Assembly: GCA_964016885.1 (NCBI GenBank)
Contig: OZ024746.1
Coordinates: 38,006,001-38,070,000, forward strand
DNA length: 64,000 nucleotides
Origin: Eledone cirrhosa
Lineage: Eukaryota
Direction of reading: 5' to 3'
Part shown: piece by piece, positions 1-11,435 of the stretch
How positions within the stretch are numbered: the stretch's first letter is position 1
How the letters are laid out: each line of letters starts with the position of its first letter
Position numbers and translations under genes: made by a program
Notes under the pieces: model-generated
The model's input: the letters and a program-made list of their open reading frames with translations, nothing else
Database searches by the model: none
Told to the model about the DNA's origin: nothing

Positions 1-126
1 CAAGTCTTTGCTTAAACTTTAATCTCTACGAATAATAAATAAATAGACGTGTGTGGTGTATGCGTGTGTGTGTGTGTGTGAGAGAGAGATAGAGAGAGAG
101 ATAGAGAAATATAGAGATATAGATAC

Positions 127-161
<35 letters not shown>

Positions 162-354
162 TTATGTTTATCCCAGGTTCAATCGAGGGTAATCACAGTA
201 AGTAAGGTACTCGAATAATAGCAGAGTATAAATATTTAATATACAAATCTACTGGACTAATACTATTTCATTCTGGAAAAATCTTCAGGAAAAATACACG
301 AAACATTCGGAAAAAATACAAGAAACGAAACTTGCATAATACTAGCTACATATT

Positions 355-403
355 GATAGATAGATAGAGGGATAGATAGATATATAGATAGATAGATAGA
401 TAT

Positions 404-467
<64 letters not shown>

Positions 468-472
468 CAAGG

Positions 473-512
<40 letters not shown>
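355..512. repeat. (GATA)n microsatellite, 3' flank of the Tx1 element
   Basis: Seen directly. Confidence 0.95.
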
Positions 513-514
<2 letters not shown>

Positions 515-778
515 TATTTCTTTTATTTGCCACTAGGGCATCAAAAGTGGGACAAGTACAAAGGGGGGAGTTTACACAAAAAGGCGTCCTCAATAAGGAG
601 GAGGCAATAACAAAATATAAAAATAAAATAAGATATAACAAAAAATAAAATTTTTAACAAAATCCTCAATAGAGAGGAGGCGCCTTGGGGGGTCGCACAC
701 ACCCCCGAAAAAAGTGTGCAACCCTTCTCCTCAGGAGCACAGAGAAGGGGTGCTCCCTTGGTCTTTCATCTTCCTCAC

Positions 779-3700
779 CTATAGTCTGATGTAGAGTGAA
801 GGCCCATTCACACGGGCCATTCTCGCCACTTTCACCCATCTTTCATAGAAACGGCTGGGGTGCAGCACCTCTCTCTCCATCCTGATCCTTCTTCCGAAAT
901 GATATCGGAAGAAACGGACCAGTTGTTGGCCAGAGAGAAAGGTGCCCGACCTCAGTCCTTTCAGACGCGTCCACCATACAACCTCTTTCGCCATGGCTAT
1001 TACGCACAGAAACACCGCCTCTGCTTCATCTTTGAAGGGGGGAGGCGGCTTGATCATTACAATAGACTCGGTGGTCAACCGGATCGGTCCCACCCTTGAC
1101 AGCAGTTGTTCGACATAGCCCCACAGATCGGCTACGCCCGAGCAGTGTACTAATGCGTGTGCAACGGTTTCCTCGTCGCACACGCATCTGGGACAGATCT
1201 TTTTGGCGGGGTCCCTACCCGGGCGCCCGTGTCTGTAGAGCCTTTCTCGAACGGGTAAAGCCCCTCGGTAGCACTGCCAGGCCAGGGACTTCTGGAAGTT
1301 GTCCATAGGTCCCGGGCTGAATGTCCTACCGAACAGGCTGGCCAGTTCGTCCTCCTCCATGTCTAGGGCTTCTCCGAGGGCGTCGTCGAACCTGCTGCGT
1401 ACCAGCCCTCTATAGAATGTTGCGGTGGAGTCTCCACTGATAACCGGATCCGCCTGCCAGAGGGCGGTGAGCGCCTGGGCACACTCAGTGTGCCAGGCGC
1501 CCAGTTTTCTCGGTCTTTGCTTGACCCAGGATTGCAGCTCGGTGAGTGAGACGAGTCTGGGAAAGGTTCGTCTCACAAACGAGGCCCACACCGGTTGTCC
1601 GGTGAGGAATACGTAGAGGTGCCGTAGCCTTAATGCGTGTTTACGCATCATTAGCCACGGCATCCCCAGCCCTCCTTTCGAAGGGTGTTGACAGCAGATG
1701 GATCTCCTCACCATAGGAGCCCGCCTCTTCCAAAGGAATTGGAAGAGCGCGCGCTCCATCTTGGTGAGGGTTTCCCTTGGGCAGGGCACTACGGTCAGGC
1801 GGTAGTAGATGACGGACGCTATGTAGGTGTTCGCCACCTCCGCCCGGCCTTTCAGGGATAGTTTGCAACTGGCCCACTTCTGGGTCAGTGCAAACACCCT
1901 GTTCGTAACCTCCGCCCAGTTTTTCTCCACCTGGAGGTCCGGTCCGAACCAGACCCCGAGCAACTTCACCGGGCCCTCCGTCCAGCGTCCGACGACGCTA
2001 TCGGAGGGCATCGGTCTGCCCCTCCACGTGCCGAGTTGCAAACCGATCGACTTGTCCCGGTTCAGCTTAGCCCCTGTGAACTTTTCGTACTCCTCCAGTA
2101 AGGTGCCGACCGCCTCGATTTCGGAGGCCGTCGACACCATTACTGTCACGTCATCGGCGTAGGCCGACACCGCTTTCCGCAATCCCGGTTCCAAAGGGAT
2201 GCCCTGCAACAACTCCAACTTCCGCAGTAGTGGCTCGAGAGTCAACACATACAGAAGGGAGGAGAGAGGGCACCCTTGTCGGATGGACCGCGCGATTTTG
2301 AACGGCTCCGAGAGGTAGCCGTTCACCTTGACCCTAGAGCAGATGCGGCTGCTGTGCATAGCAGTGATCCAGCCCCTGAAAACGGGTCCGAAGCCTGCCG
2401 CCGCTAGCACCGCATCCAGGTAACCATGGTCGACCCTATCGAACGCCTTAGATTGATCCAAGTTGATCAGAGCCCCACCAAAGCCGGGTTCGTTCCCAAC
2501 CCTCTCTATGATGTATCGCATGAGGTGGAGGTTGTCATGGATGGACCTGGACGGGATAGCGCATGTCTGCGCATCTCCCACCAGGTTGCCCACGACAAGC
2601 GCCAACCTCTTTGCTAGCACCTTGGCCAAAATCTGTAACTCTGTATTTAGCAGTGTTATGGGCCTGAAGTTACTTATTTCGTCCCCCTTGTTCTCGTCCT
2701 TCCTCACTAGCGTGACTACGCCCTTGGTCACAGTACAGGGAATTCTCCCGTTCTGTTGCCAGTTGCAGTAGACCGCCTCGAGGAGATCGGGGAACAAGTC
2801 CGGCATAGCTAGATATAATTCGTAAGGAAGACCATCGAGACCCGGGGATTTGCGTTTGCCGCATTGGCTCAGCACGTCCTCTATCTCAGCGGCCGAAATC
2901 GGCTCTTCGCAGGACTTCGCCTCCCTGTCCGAGAGGCGCGGCAGGCCGTCGAGGTATGGACCGAAGTCCACGTTCCCAACCGGCTCCCCGCCCCTCCCGA
3001 ACAGTCGGGCAAAGTGCCTTTGAAAGGCCTCACACATCTGCTTAGGCTCAAGAATCGCCCGTCCATCCAGGTCTCGCAAAGACCGGATGGTGGATTTAGT
3101 TCCACTGTTGGCCTCTGTCACGCGGGCCCAGCTAACAGCTTTGGTCCCCTCGTTCCCTAGAGCACGTATTTTACTTCGGACAACGCAGCCTTCGTGCTTC
3201 GCGTCGAAAAACTGGCTCAAAGCCGTTCTCGACGCTAGCACTCTGGCCACGTCGCCGCTTCTAATTGCCTCTTCTACTCTATCTACTAGCTCCCTTTCCT
3301 TCCTATTCCTATCCGCAGCTAGAACCTTACTAAATTCTATCGAGACTACTCTAATCTCTCTCTTTAGAGATACCCACCACCTGCTGTTGACGATCGCTCC
3401 AGTCAACCGTTCCTTAACTAACGTACTAATCCGATTCCTGTAGGCTCTACTTGCCGGCAAGGACAAGTTGAGCTTCCAGTAACCGGGGCCCTGTCTATGA
3501 GTTCTGTCAAGGTTGACCATGCAGGTCACTAATTTGTGGTCTGAATAGCCAACAATGCGCATTTTTGGACAACTTAAAAAGTCCTTATCCTTAATTCTAA
3601 CTAAGAACCTATCTAGGTACGACCTAGATGATCCGCTACGATTTGCCCAAGTCCAGGTTGGCGCAGTCGGAAAATCTAGTCGATATCTATCGGCCAGGTC

Positions 3701-4216
3701 AAATCGACCGATTAACCCTTTGAGCCTATTACACCCCTCTCTATCGGGGCAGGCCCCTACGTAGTCCCAGCGTGCATCTAGGATACCATTCCAGTCCCCC
3801 ACTAATAGCAAGGAGCGGGACGTCCCTAGAAAAGTCTCCAGACGATGGAAGAAGTCCGGCCGCATTGACCCGAAAGGGCCGTAGGCGGCTACCAACCTAA
3901 ACGCTCCGCCTTTACCACTGCCAAGGTCCAGAACCACTAGTCGACCCTCCGGGTCCAAATGTACCATCTGTGTTGCGAGACCCAGATGTTTTTGCAGCAG
4001 AACGACAACTCCACCCCCACCTCCGGGCTGACAGAGAGATGCGTGCATCTCAAAGTCATCAAAGGTGGGGGCCAGCTGTCGCACGTTGCTGATCCGGGCC
4101 TCGCAAATAACCATCACATCTATACGTTGTGACCTGAGGTCATTTAGAAGCATTGCTTGCTTCCAAGTTGAGCCCAGGCCACGCGCATTTAAACAGCCTA
4201 CTCTTAGCATAGCCAT
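779..4216 (-). CDS. LINE ORF2: apurinic-like endonuclease + reverse transcriptase + C-terminal zinc finger (Tx1/L1 group)
   Basis: Uninterrupted ORF; first ATG at 4216 (the ORF track starts at GTG 4240). APE motifs LNARGL, GDWN, YLDRFLV, SDH; GPGYWKLN linker; RT motifs KSPGLDGL, FRPITLLN, LDQSKAFDRVDH, RQGCPLS, YADD; GGLG; CPRC..ETVAHALVHC. Confidence 0.95.
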   Translation of the reverse strand: MAMLRVGCLNARGLGSTWKQAMLLNDLRSQRIDVMVICEARISNVRQLAPTFDDFEMHASLCQPGGGGGVVVLLQKHLGLATQMVHLDPEGRLVVLDLGSGKGGAFRLVAAYGPFGSMRPDFFHRLETFLGTSRSLLLVGDWNGILDARWDYVGACPDREGCNRLKGLIGRFDLADRYRLDFPTAPTWTWANRSGSSRSYLDRFLVRIKDKDFLSCPKMRIVGYSDHKLVTCMVNLDRTHRQGPGYWKLNLSLPASRAYRNRISTLVKERLTGAIVNSRWWVSLKREIRVVSIEFSKVLAADRNRKERELVDRVEEAIRSGDVARVLASRTALSQFFDAKHEGCVVRSKIRALGNEGTKAVSWARVTEANSGTKSTIRSLRDLDGRAILEPKQMCEAFQRHFARLFGRGGEPVGNVDFGPYLDGLPRLSDREAKSCEEPISAAEIEDVLSQCGKRKSPGLDGLPYELYLAMPDLFPDLLEAVYCNWQQNGRIPCTVTKGVVTLVRKDENKGDEISNFRPITLLNTELQILAKVLAKRLALVVGNLVGDAQTCAIPSRSIHDNLHLMRYIIERVGNEPGFGGALINLDQSKAFDRVDHGYLDAVLAAAGFGPVFRGWITAMHSSRICSRVKVNGYLSEPFKIARSIRQGCPLSSLLYVLTLEPLLRKLELLQGIPLEPGLRKAVSAYADDVTVMVSTASEIEAVGTLLEEYEKFTGAKLNRDKSIGLQLGTWRGRPMPSDSVVGRWTEGPVKLLGVWFGPDLQVEKNWAEVTNRVFALTQKWASCKLSLKGRAEVANTYIASVIYYRLTVVPCPRETLTKMERALFQFLWKRRAPMVRRSICCQHPSKGGLGMPWLMMRKHALRLRHLYVFLTGQPVWASFVRRTFPRLVSLTELQSWVKQRPRKLGAWHTECAQALTALWQADPVISGDSTATFYRGLVRSRFDDALGEALDMEEDELASLFGRTFSPGPMDNFQKSLAWQCYRGALPVRERLYRHGRPGRDPAKKICPRCVCDEETVAHALVHCSGVADLWGYVEQLLSRVGPIRLTTESIVMIKPPPPFKDEAEAVFLCVIAMAKEVVWWTRLKGLRSGTFLSGQQLVRFFRYHFGRRIRMEREVLHPSRFYERWVKVARMARVNGPSLYIRL

Positions 4217-4240
4217 GTTGGTGGTGAAGAGAAAAGGCAC

Positions 4241-5596
4241 TTACCTCTCTGCGTCCCGGGTATCGGGCTGCACAATTTCCATTAGGGTGGGGGATGGGTT
4301 GTTGGGTGGGGTGGTGGTTTGTGGAAGTGTGGGGGCATCAGTGTGTTGTGTGGTTGGGGAGCTTGGAGTTGTGAGGGTGTTTGGGGAGGGGGTGGGATAG
4401 TTTTTTAGGAGGACGCGGTTAATGGGCCCGACGCAGGGGGGACCCACGTCCTCTTTAAAATTGTTTTTTAAAGTTTTATAGGTGTCCTGTGGGGCCTTAA
4501 TCATTTTGAGGTGGGGGAAATCCCCTGCCTGGGTGAAGTTAGGCCCTTGTGTTTTTATTAGATTGTTGTTGTACACAATGTTTAACAGTTTTTTGTTTCT
4601 TGTATTTATGTATGTGTATGCATGTTTTTGTTTTTGTGTGGTGTTTTTTGTTTGCTGTTGTGAGCTCTTTTGTGTTGGTGTCAGTGTTATGTTTTGGGGA
4701 GGGTTTTTTTTCATTTGTGTGTCTGAGGTGTGTTTTCTTTTTTTTCTTTTGATTGTGTGGAAGTGCTCCTCCTCGTCTGACGACGAACTAGGGTCATCTT
4801 CCGCGTTGGAGGGGAGGGGTATATTTTCGGGTTGTGTTTGCGGTACGGGTGTTTTGGAAATTGTTTTTGTTTTTTGAGTGGAGGGGATGGGTTGGACATT
4901 GTTTTGTTTTGGTTTGAGCTGTGGTGGTTGTTTTTGTAGTGGTAGTTGTGGTGATTGTGTTGGTTGTGCAGCTGTTGGTGGTGTAGGCAGGATTGGGGTT
5001 TTCTTATTAAGTTGGGGACAGACAGCCCTCAGGTGACCTCTGGTTCCGCAGAGGTAACACGAGGGCCGTCTACCCTCAACGGTAATGTTGATGAAGGTTA
5101 GATCATCCAGTATGACGCGTTCAGGGATCTGGGCGATCCTTTCGGGCCTCATTTGAACTACAAGTTCGAGGCTCGTTCCACTGAACGCGTCACCCGATGC
5201 CTTTCCCATGGACACCAGCATGTCATCCTCCAGGTCCAGAAAACCTGTCAAAACCCACCATATGTCCATAATCGGCAGGATGGTGTGGATTTTTATTTTT
5301 TGTGTTCTTCTACCCATGTACGTAGGGTAGAAGGTGTATGCGGTGGATGTGATTGGTTTGATGGACAGTTTCACTGCTGTGTCCCTGTCCTTCATGAGAA
5401 TGGATAGACTCCCGTAGAGTCTATCCTTCTGAATGAAGGTGATGTCCTTCATGACGTCTTTTAAAACCAGCTCTATCTCGCTCTGTGATGGTTGAGCTGG
5501 TTTTTTACTTTTGTTCGAGATTGTCCTAAACATGACCGTGTTTAGGAGTCTCTGGCTTTTTAGTTCCGGGGGGGGAATGGATTGTGAATGAACCAT
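4241..5596 (-). CDS. LINE ORF1 (gag-like, CCHC zinc knuckle), main part
   Basis: 451-aa ORF with CYLCGTRGHLRAVC (CX2CX4HX4C) preceded by ITVEGRRP, then a P/Q/T/K-rich low-complexity tail. Lies directly upstream of ORF2. Confidence 0.85.
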   Translation of the reverse strand: MVHSQSIPPPELKSQRLLNTVMFRTISNKSKKPAQPSQSEIELVLKDVMKDITFIQKDRLYGSLSILMKDRDTAVKLSIKPITSTAYTFYPTYMGRRTQKIKIHTILPIMDIWWVLTGFLDLEDDMLVSMGKASGDAFSGTSLELVVQMRPERIAQIPERVILDDLTFINITVEGRRPSCYLCGTRGHLRAVCPQLNKKTPILPTPPTAAQPTQSPQLPLQKQPPQLKPKQNNVQPIPSTQKTKTISKTPVPQTQPENIPLPSNAEDDPSSSSDEEEHFHTIKRKKRKHTSDTQMKKNPPQNITLTPTQKSSQQQTKNTTQKQKHAYTYINTRNKKLLNIVYNNNLIKTQGPNFTQAGDFPHLKMIKAPQDTYKTLKNNFKEDVGPPCVGPINRVLLKNYPTPSPNTLTTPSSPTTQHTDAPTLPQTTTPPNNPSPTLMEIVQPDTRDAER

Positions 5597-6020
5597 TTTC
5601 CCCGTACACTATATATTTTTTCGCATCCGCCAGTAGCTCCTTCGCTTTTGTTATATCTACTGGCAGATAGTCGAGGGTTTTCCTTGTCGTCTCGGCGAAG
5701 GAGAAATTTTGTTTGTTTGTGTTGTTGTTGTCGTTGGTGGTGTTGTTGTTATCATTGTTGTTGTTGTCACCGTTATTGGTCTTGTTGTTGTTATTGTTAT
5801 TGGTCTTGTTTTCGTCCGTCGCATTGTTGTTGTTGCTGTTGCCGCTGGTTCTTTGAGTTGTTGCCATGGCAACGTCAAGTTGTCGGTTAACAGGTGGAGA
5901 GAATTCTTCCTCTGGCTGACCTTTCTTCTTGACCTCTGCTACTGTGACAGTGGCAGGGGGAAGCTGTAAGTTCATCTTCCCCTTTCCTCCTTCGAATTTT
6001 GGTGAAGAAGCTTCGGCCAT
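5526..6020 (-). CDS. Probable N-terminal part of ORF1, separated by a +1 frameshift
   Basis: ATG-initiated 164-aa Asn-rich ORF overlapping the next ORF by 71 nt. Removing one base from the C8 run (G8 at 5568-5575 on +) fuses the two frames. Confidence 0.65.
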   Translation of the reverse strand: MAEASSPKFEGGKGKMNLQLPPATVTVAEVKKKGQPEEEFSPPVNRQLDVAMATTQRTSGNSNNNNATDENKTNNNNNNKTNNGDNNNNDNNNTTNDNNNTNKQNFSFAETTRKTLDYLPVDITKAKELLADAKKYIVYGENGSFTIHSPPGTKKPETPKHGHV

Positions 6021-6235
6021 TTAAAAAAATATTGACTTTTCAACAAGAAAAAACTTTTTTTTTGTTTAACTATTTCGCCTAAAGGCGTAGAATATTTTGA
6101 GAGACTGACCAGATCAAAGTTTGACCTGGCAGTCCCTCTACAAAATGGTACAAAAATTAAAGTTATCAGACAAGAATTTCTATAGAAATTTAAACAGAAC
6201 TTACTCAGCAAGTTATACGCGTGTGTCCATCCCAG

Positions 6236-6283
<48 letters not shown>
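6236..6283. repeat. (GATA)n microsatellite, 5' flank of the Tx1 element
   Basis: Seen directly. Confidence 0.95.
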
Positions 6284-6285
<2 letters not shown>

Positions 6286-6648
6286 AAAGATTGGTAACAC
6301 TCTTTGCAAAGATGTATTTCGTTCGAATTCTTCGAAAAATAATGGAAACATGTGTATGGAAATTTATGTAACTAGAATACATTATATCAGAATATCTTCT
6401 TTTCTCGATTTCTCACAAAATAGTATGTTATAAAAATAATATAAATTCAATATAACAAATGTATAGAATCTAATAAATTTGGTTCTATATAAGTTTGGTG
6501 AGATATATTCTGAATTCCATCCAGCATGGATTCTTTTGTCAAATTAAAGTACGCATTTTCAAAGATGATTTGCCAATTTCCAGTTAAACACTACCACGTT
6601 TTATCTCAAAAGCATTAATGTGATATTTCCATCACCCTTATAAATATA

Positions 6649-6705
<57 letters not shown>

Positions 6706-6710
<5 letters not shown>

Positions 6711-6820
6711 AACCAGTAGGACCCCGACGGGTGAGCTCAAGCCGTTTCGACGGCTAATTCTGGCAGAATTAGCCGTCGAAACGGATTGAGCTCAGCCGTC
6801 GGGGTCCCACTCGTTCCTAT
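6706..6820. repeat. Fold-back palindrome adjoining (TA)n; each arm is the 3' half of a hammerhead ribozyme
   Basis: Imperfect ~55-bp arms around ctggcag. Right arm reads GAAA-cgg..ccg-TC-gggg (stem III and GUC site). Confidence 0.8.
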
Positions 6821-7196
6821 CACGAAGTCATGATGTGGACCATCTGTTTATAGAATGGATCTTTTTAGACGTACTTAAACTTATTCATGACAACTCATTT
6901 ACATAAACTGTCCTTTTATTAGATTGTCAACGTATGTATGAAATTATACATAAAAACTAACTTATATGCCAGCTGCAACTTTATAACCTCTGTATTCTTC
7001 ATTTCACTGTTGTGGTCTGATTGGTTTGCCGAGTTTGTGAAGGTTGGTGGCATACATCCAGCTTTTCGTATCTGGAGGATATATCGCAGGCAAGTCTATC
7101 AGGTATCGTGTGCGCAGTTTAGCATTCGGTTTACGGTGTTTGTTATGTGTTTTGTTGACCGATTAGAGCAATAACGGTTTTCTTTACGCAAATATC

Positions 7197-7267
<71 letters not shown>

Positions 7268-7346
7268 GGTAAACAGAAATAACAACACACGGTACATTAT
7301 GTGGAAGGGATATATTAGGTTAACGGTTGATAGAGCTGGAAGAGGG

Positions 7347-7382
7347 TCTTAACGTTTCGGACGCTAGTCCTTCATCAAAAGA
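7347..7382 (-). ncRNA. Minimal type I hammerhead ribozyme (U3.G8 variant) near a 3' end running into (CA)n
   Basis: Minus strand: tctt-TTGATGA-a-ggac-tagc-gtcc-GAAA-cg-TT-aaga. Stems I and II pair; stem III is the palindrome ACGT. Confidence 0.7.
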
Positions 7383-10300
7383 AAAAATGAGAAATAAGAT
7401 AGATTGAGGGGAAGGGCGGTTTGGAATTGGAAAAAATATCTTTAGATAAAAATAACAGGTCCATTCATGTTGACATCTCTTATATGTATATGTGTGTGTA
7501 TGTGTGGGGGTGTTTTAATTGGCCTCTGAACCTAAAACTCGGAATCCCAGTCATTCTAATTTGTATAGTTTCGCTCTACACATAAGAAGCAACAATTGAA
7601 CATGGTTTTTGTCTTGCAGCAACTATATTTATATTAAAAGTATGAAGTCAGATAACAGCTGGCTATCATGTTTCAGAGAAAGGAATGCTCTGTTGCATAG
7701 ATATGAGTGCACGACGAATGCGATTAATATATTCTGCCTGAATAATATTACAATTTGTGATTATCTCTTAAATGGAAAAACGCTGAATTGTGACTTAACA
7801 AGAACAATATAATGCATGTATACATATCCGTCTCTCTCTTGCATTCACTCTCTACGTATTCTACTCTTCCTCTCTTATTGTACATATACGCAATCAATGG
7901 CACACTTCTAAGCAGAATAGATATATAAATTAGATTCAAAGACTGTTTTAGTGTAAATACCTAAACTCTAGTCTAATATAGCATCTATAATTCCTTTCTC
8001 AACTTTCTTACAATGCCCTTGGTCACCTTAATCAAAATTCTCATTTGAAGTTATTAACATTACGTTCTCAAATTCTATGGTCTTTCCTATTTCATTTCGT
8101 TTCTAAAGGAAATACTGATATGTTACCATATATATTAGCGTTCGGAAAAACAATAATATCAATGACATTGGTTTGAAACACCACTTCAGAATATAGGAAT
8201 ACATTAATATTTTTATCACGCATGTGAAACCTGATGACAAACAATGCCTATTATATATACTTTAAAACACTCCATAACCGAGCGGAACAGCACAGTTGGC
8301 AGAAGTTTCGAGCAACATTCTAGCACACAAATCTGCAACATTCTAGCACACAAATCGGCAGGTGTTTAAGTAGCTGCCACTGCTTTACTACTATTTTATT
8401 TCATTGGCTCCAAAATGAATAAGATCAGGACATCCTCTACATAATGTAATCGCCAATGGTAAAGATACGGAAACATTACACGAAGCATTTTCTCACGTCT
8501 AATTCTATATTTGAGGCATGAAAAGAATGAAATAATTTTTTCCTGGCAGAGGGAAAACTTTTAGAGACAGAAGTTGTGTATATAACATTGTTTGTTTGAA
8601 AGTGGATGCGTGTGAGCATATGTGGGGGGGAGTGCTCTTTTCTTGGAAATATAGTGTATTACACATTATATTGAATTTAAGCATTTTACTCAAGTCGGCG
8701 GGACAGTTCACATGTGGAAACCCACGAGTAGTTTGAATAATGAAGGCGACAATAAAACGTTAGCCCATAGCATTTTTGGTACGTTTTCTCGGACTTATAA
8801 TAATAATGCGAAACATCAGCCGTATCTAAAATACACCAACTGAGAAAATCCTATTTCGTTGCTAACATGTTTGTAGCAAACGCCCTCGTGTCTAAGCGCT
8901 CAAAAATGATACATGTAGATCATGAGCATAACCGATTTGGTAACTAATATTTAGATGATCTTTTACTAAATAGCGTTTGTCATGACAGGATTAGGAAAGT
9001 GGGAATTAGGAGGGAACTACCTAATTCCTCCTGTTACTATATGTAGAAGTAGTTGACAAGTATCGTGAGCGATGTAACTATATAATTGCACATCTTACAT
9101 AATTTATGTTTCTATTTATGTTTAACATATATTCATGCCTACGTAACATACTATGTTAACTAAATTATTTGCTCCACGATATAGATAAATTTGGGACACA
9201 CCTAACTTTATATTTCATCTCCATAATTCCACCGATCTGTTGTTCTGTTCTGAGCTTAGAAATTCTATTAAAAATGAGAAGAGAAATAACAATACACAAA
9301 AAGAATAAAACATGCATAATGTCAATCAGAAATAAATTGCTGATGTTTTAAACGTATCAATTGAAACGTTAGTCAGTGGTTACAAAAAACAGATGAACAT
9401 ATTTAAATTTAATTATCGTATACAAAATGAAGCAATCATAGGAGTAGCAGCAAATTGTAAATTATTAAGTTGTTTAATTAGAAATCATGCATTATTAATT
9501 GAATATGTCATTGGAAATAAAAGTCTTTATATCAAGAGATGTGTCGTTAGAAATATATATGTACATACACTCTTTCATTCTCTTTTTCGTAAGGAAATTG
9601 ACTATGATGAGTCCTGGTGATTTGTGGTCTCAACCAGTTGTAATATAATCTCCACTACGTGTTCCAACAAATTTGTCGAGAGATATGGGCTCATGCCATA
9701 GCATTGCAATTATGGGCTCCGAGGAAAATATTGACGTATTGGCAAGCAGAAAGATTCTGCTATAATCTACGTCTTGAATTGTTACATGGTTGTTTAAGTT
9801 TCTATTGAAATGTTCTATGAGGTTTTGCATTAAAGTGGTAGATATTGATGCAATATAACGATCGTGCTTATTGGGGTGATTCTGAAAGATTACACCTAAT
9901 TCCAGATGAATCTTGGCTGTAATAATGAATCCATTGACTAATTAATTTTGCTTCGGTGTTCTGGCTAGAAAATATATTTTCTGTTAGCCCTATATATAAG
10001 AGTTTCCACCATAATTTATTAGATATTTTACAGCATCTTCGTGCATGAGCTGACAACGTTTTACATAACATGTATCCTCTCGGCGCTTCATAAAAATCCG
10101 AGTGATCATCTACGTATACACGATATTTGTTCACATTAAAAACTGGAATTTATCTATCTAAATTAAGAAGGTAAGATTGGTTACAATCTATTGATAATGG
10201 TTCTCAGTACTTAGCCGATATCTAGGATATACGGGGTTCTATTTCTAGATGCAGCCGATGTAAACTTCTTTTATCGTCTTCAAGGGTTTTATTTCATAAG

Positions 10301-10729
10301 TTATGTTATGGAGATGGCGCACAGTCTATTACATGATAGGGTCGTAGTTACTGCAGGTAAAAATAGCTTTCGGTTTCTTATATAGAAACTACGTAATATG
10401 AGAGCTGCAGTTTGAAAACGTCTGTCTTCCCCATTAGGTGACTATTACGGTCTGTTTGCGGAAGTAGAGTTTGCGAGAATGAGTGGTCCACGTTTGATTG
10501 GGTAAACTTGGAGGGTGAGAACGGTTTATTTAGATTTTATTTAAATCAAAAATAATAGACTAATTCTATATAGTCAAATACGGTGTAAAAACAAGTGGCT
10601 AACTAATTTTCAAATTCGCTAGCCATCTGTAAATAAAGTCTGCTTTGTGTCTCCCTATTTATATAAACACACATACACACACACACGTACACACACATAT
10701 ATATATATATATATTTATATAACCATAGC

Positions 10730-10801
<72 letters not shown>

Positions 10802-11399
10802 CTGGACATACTATTCAGAGAATACTATATTACTATAGAGATCATTTATTATAGTATGGACAGAAAAGCAATTGAAAGGTAATGAGTCAAGATGTAACAT
10901 TTACAGAACGAGATAATACGGTCAAGTAACATGATCTGATGAATTTATTAAGTCTATCCTGCAAGGCATACTTGAGGTGTGAAAACGTTAAACTCGCCAA
11001 ACGATAGAAATAACTGGATATCACCAAGCAATGAGCCGGTCGAATTCCACGATAACCCAAACCCTGGGTCTCGACAGAGATGGATGGGAGAAATTGGCAC
11101 ACTGCTTCAAACTGTAGGTCACTCAAGATCCTAAAATGTGATGGGAAACGTGAGTTGAAATTGGCTTAATATGTAAAATAATGCTGGACGCCTTATATGT
11201 TATTTTAAATGATATGATATTTTCGCTTATAATGATGTTACTATGTGTCCTACACTTTATATTCCTAATCTTTACGTAGCAAATATTTCTTCCATTAACG
11301 AATCATTATAATAGTGTGCATCAACATTCATTACAATTTAATTCGTGGAGACATTAGATATTTTCAGGCTAGTATTATGGATGTTTGTACTTTCTTTTG

Positions 11400-11435
<36 letters not shown>

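Larger units (their letters stand above)
513..6235 (-). mobile_element. Near full-length Tx1-clade non-LTR retrotransposon inserted in a (GATA)n microsatellite
   Basis: GC-rich block with ORF1 and ORF2, bounded on both sides by (GATA)n (about 355-512 and 6236-6283). On the minus strand AATAAA lies just before the 3' junction. Confidence 0.9.

Noticed and set aside
860-5969. Short antisense and alternate-frame ORFs inside the Tx1 element
   Set aside because: Shadow ORFs expected in GC-rich coding DNA and CAA-rich tracts.
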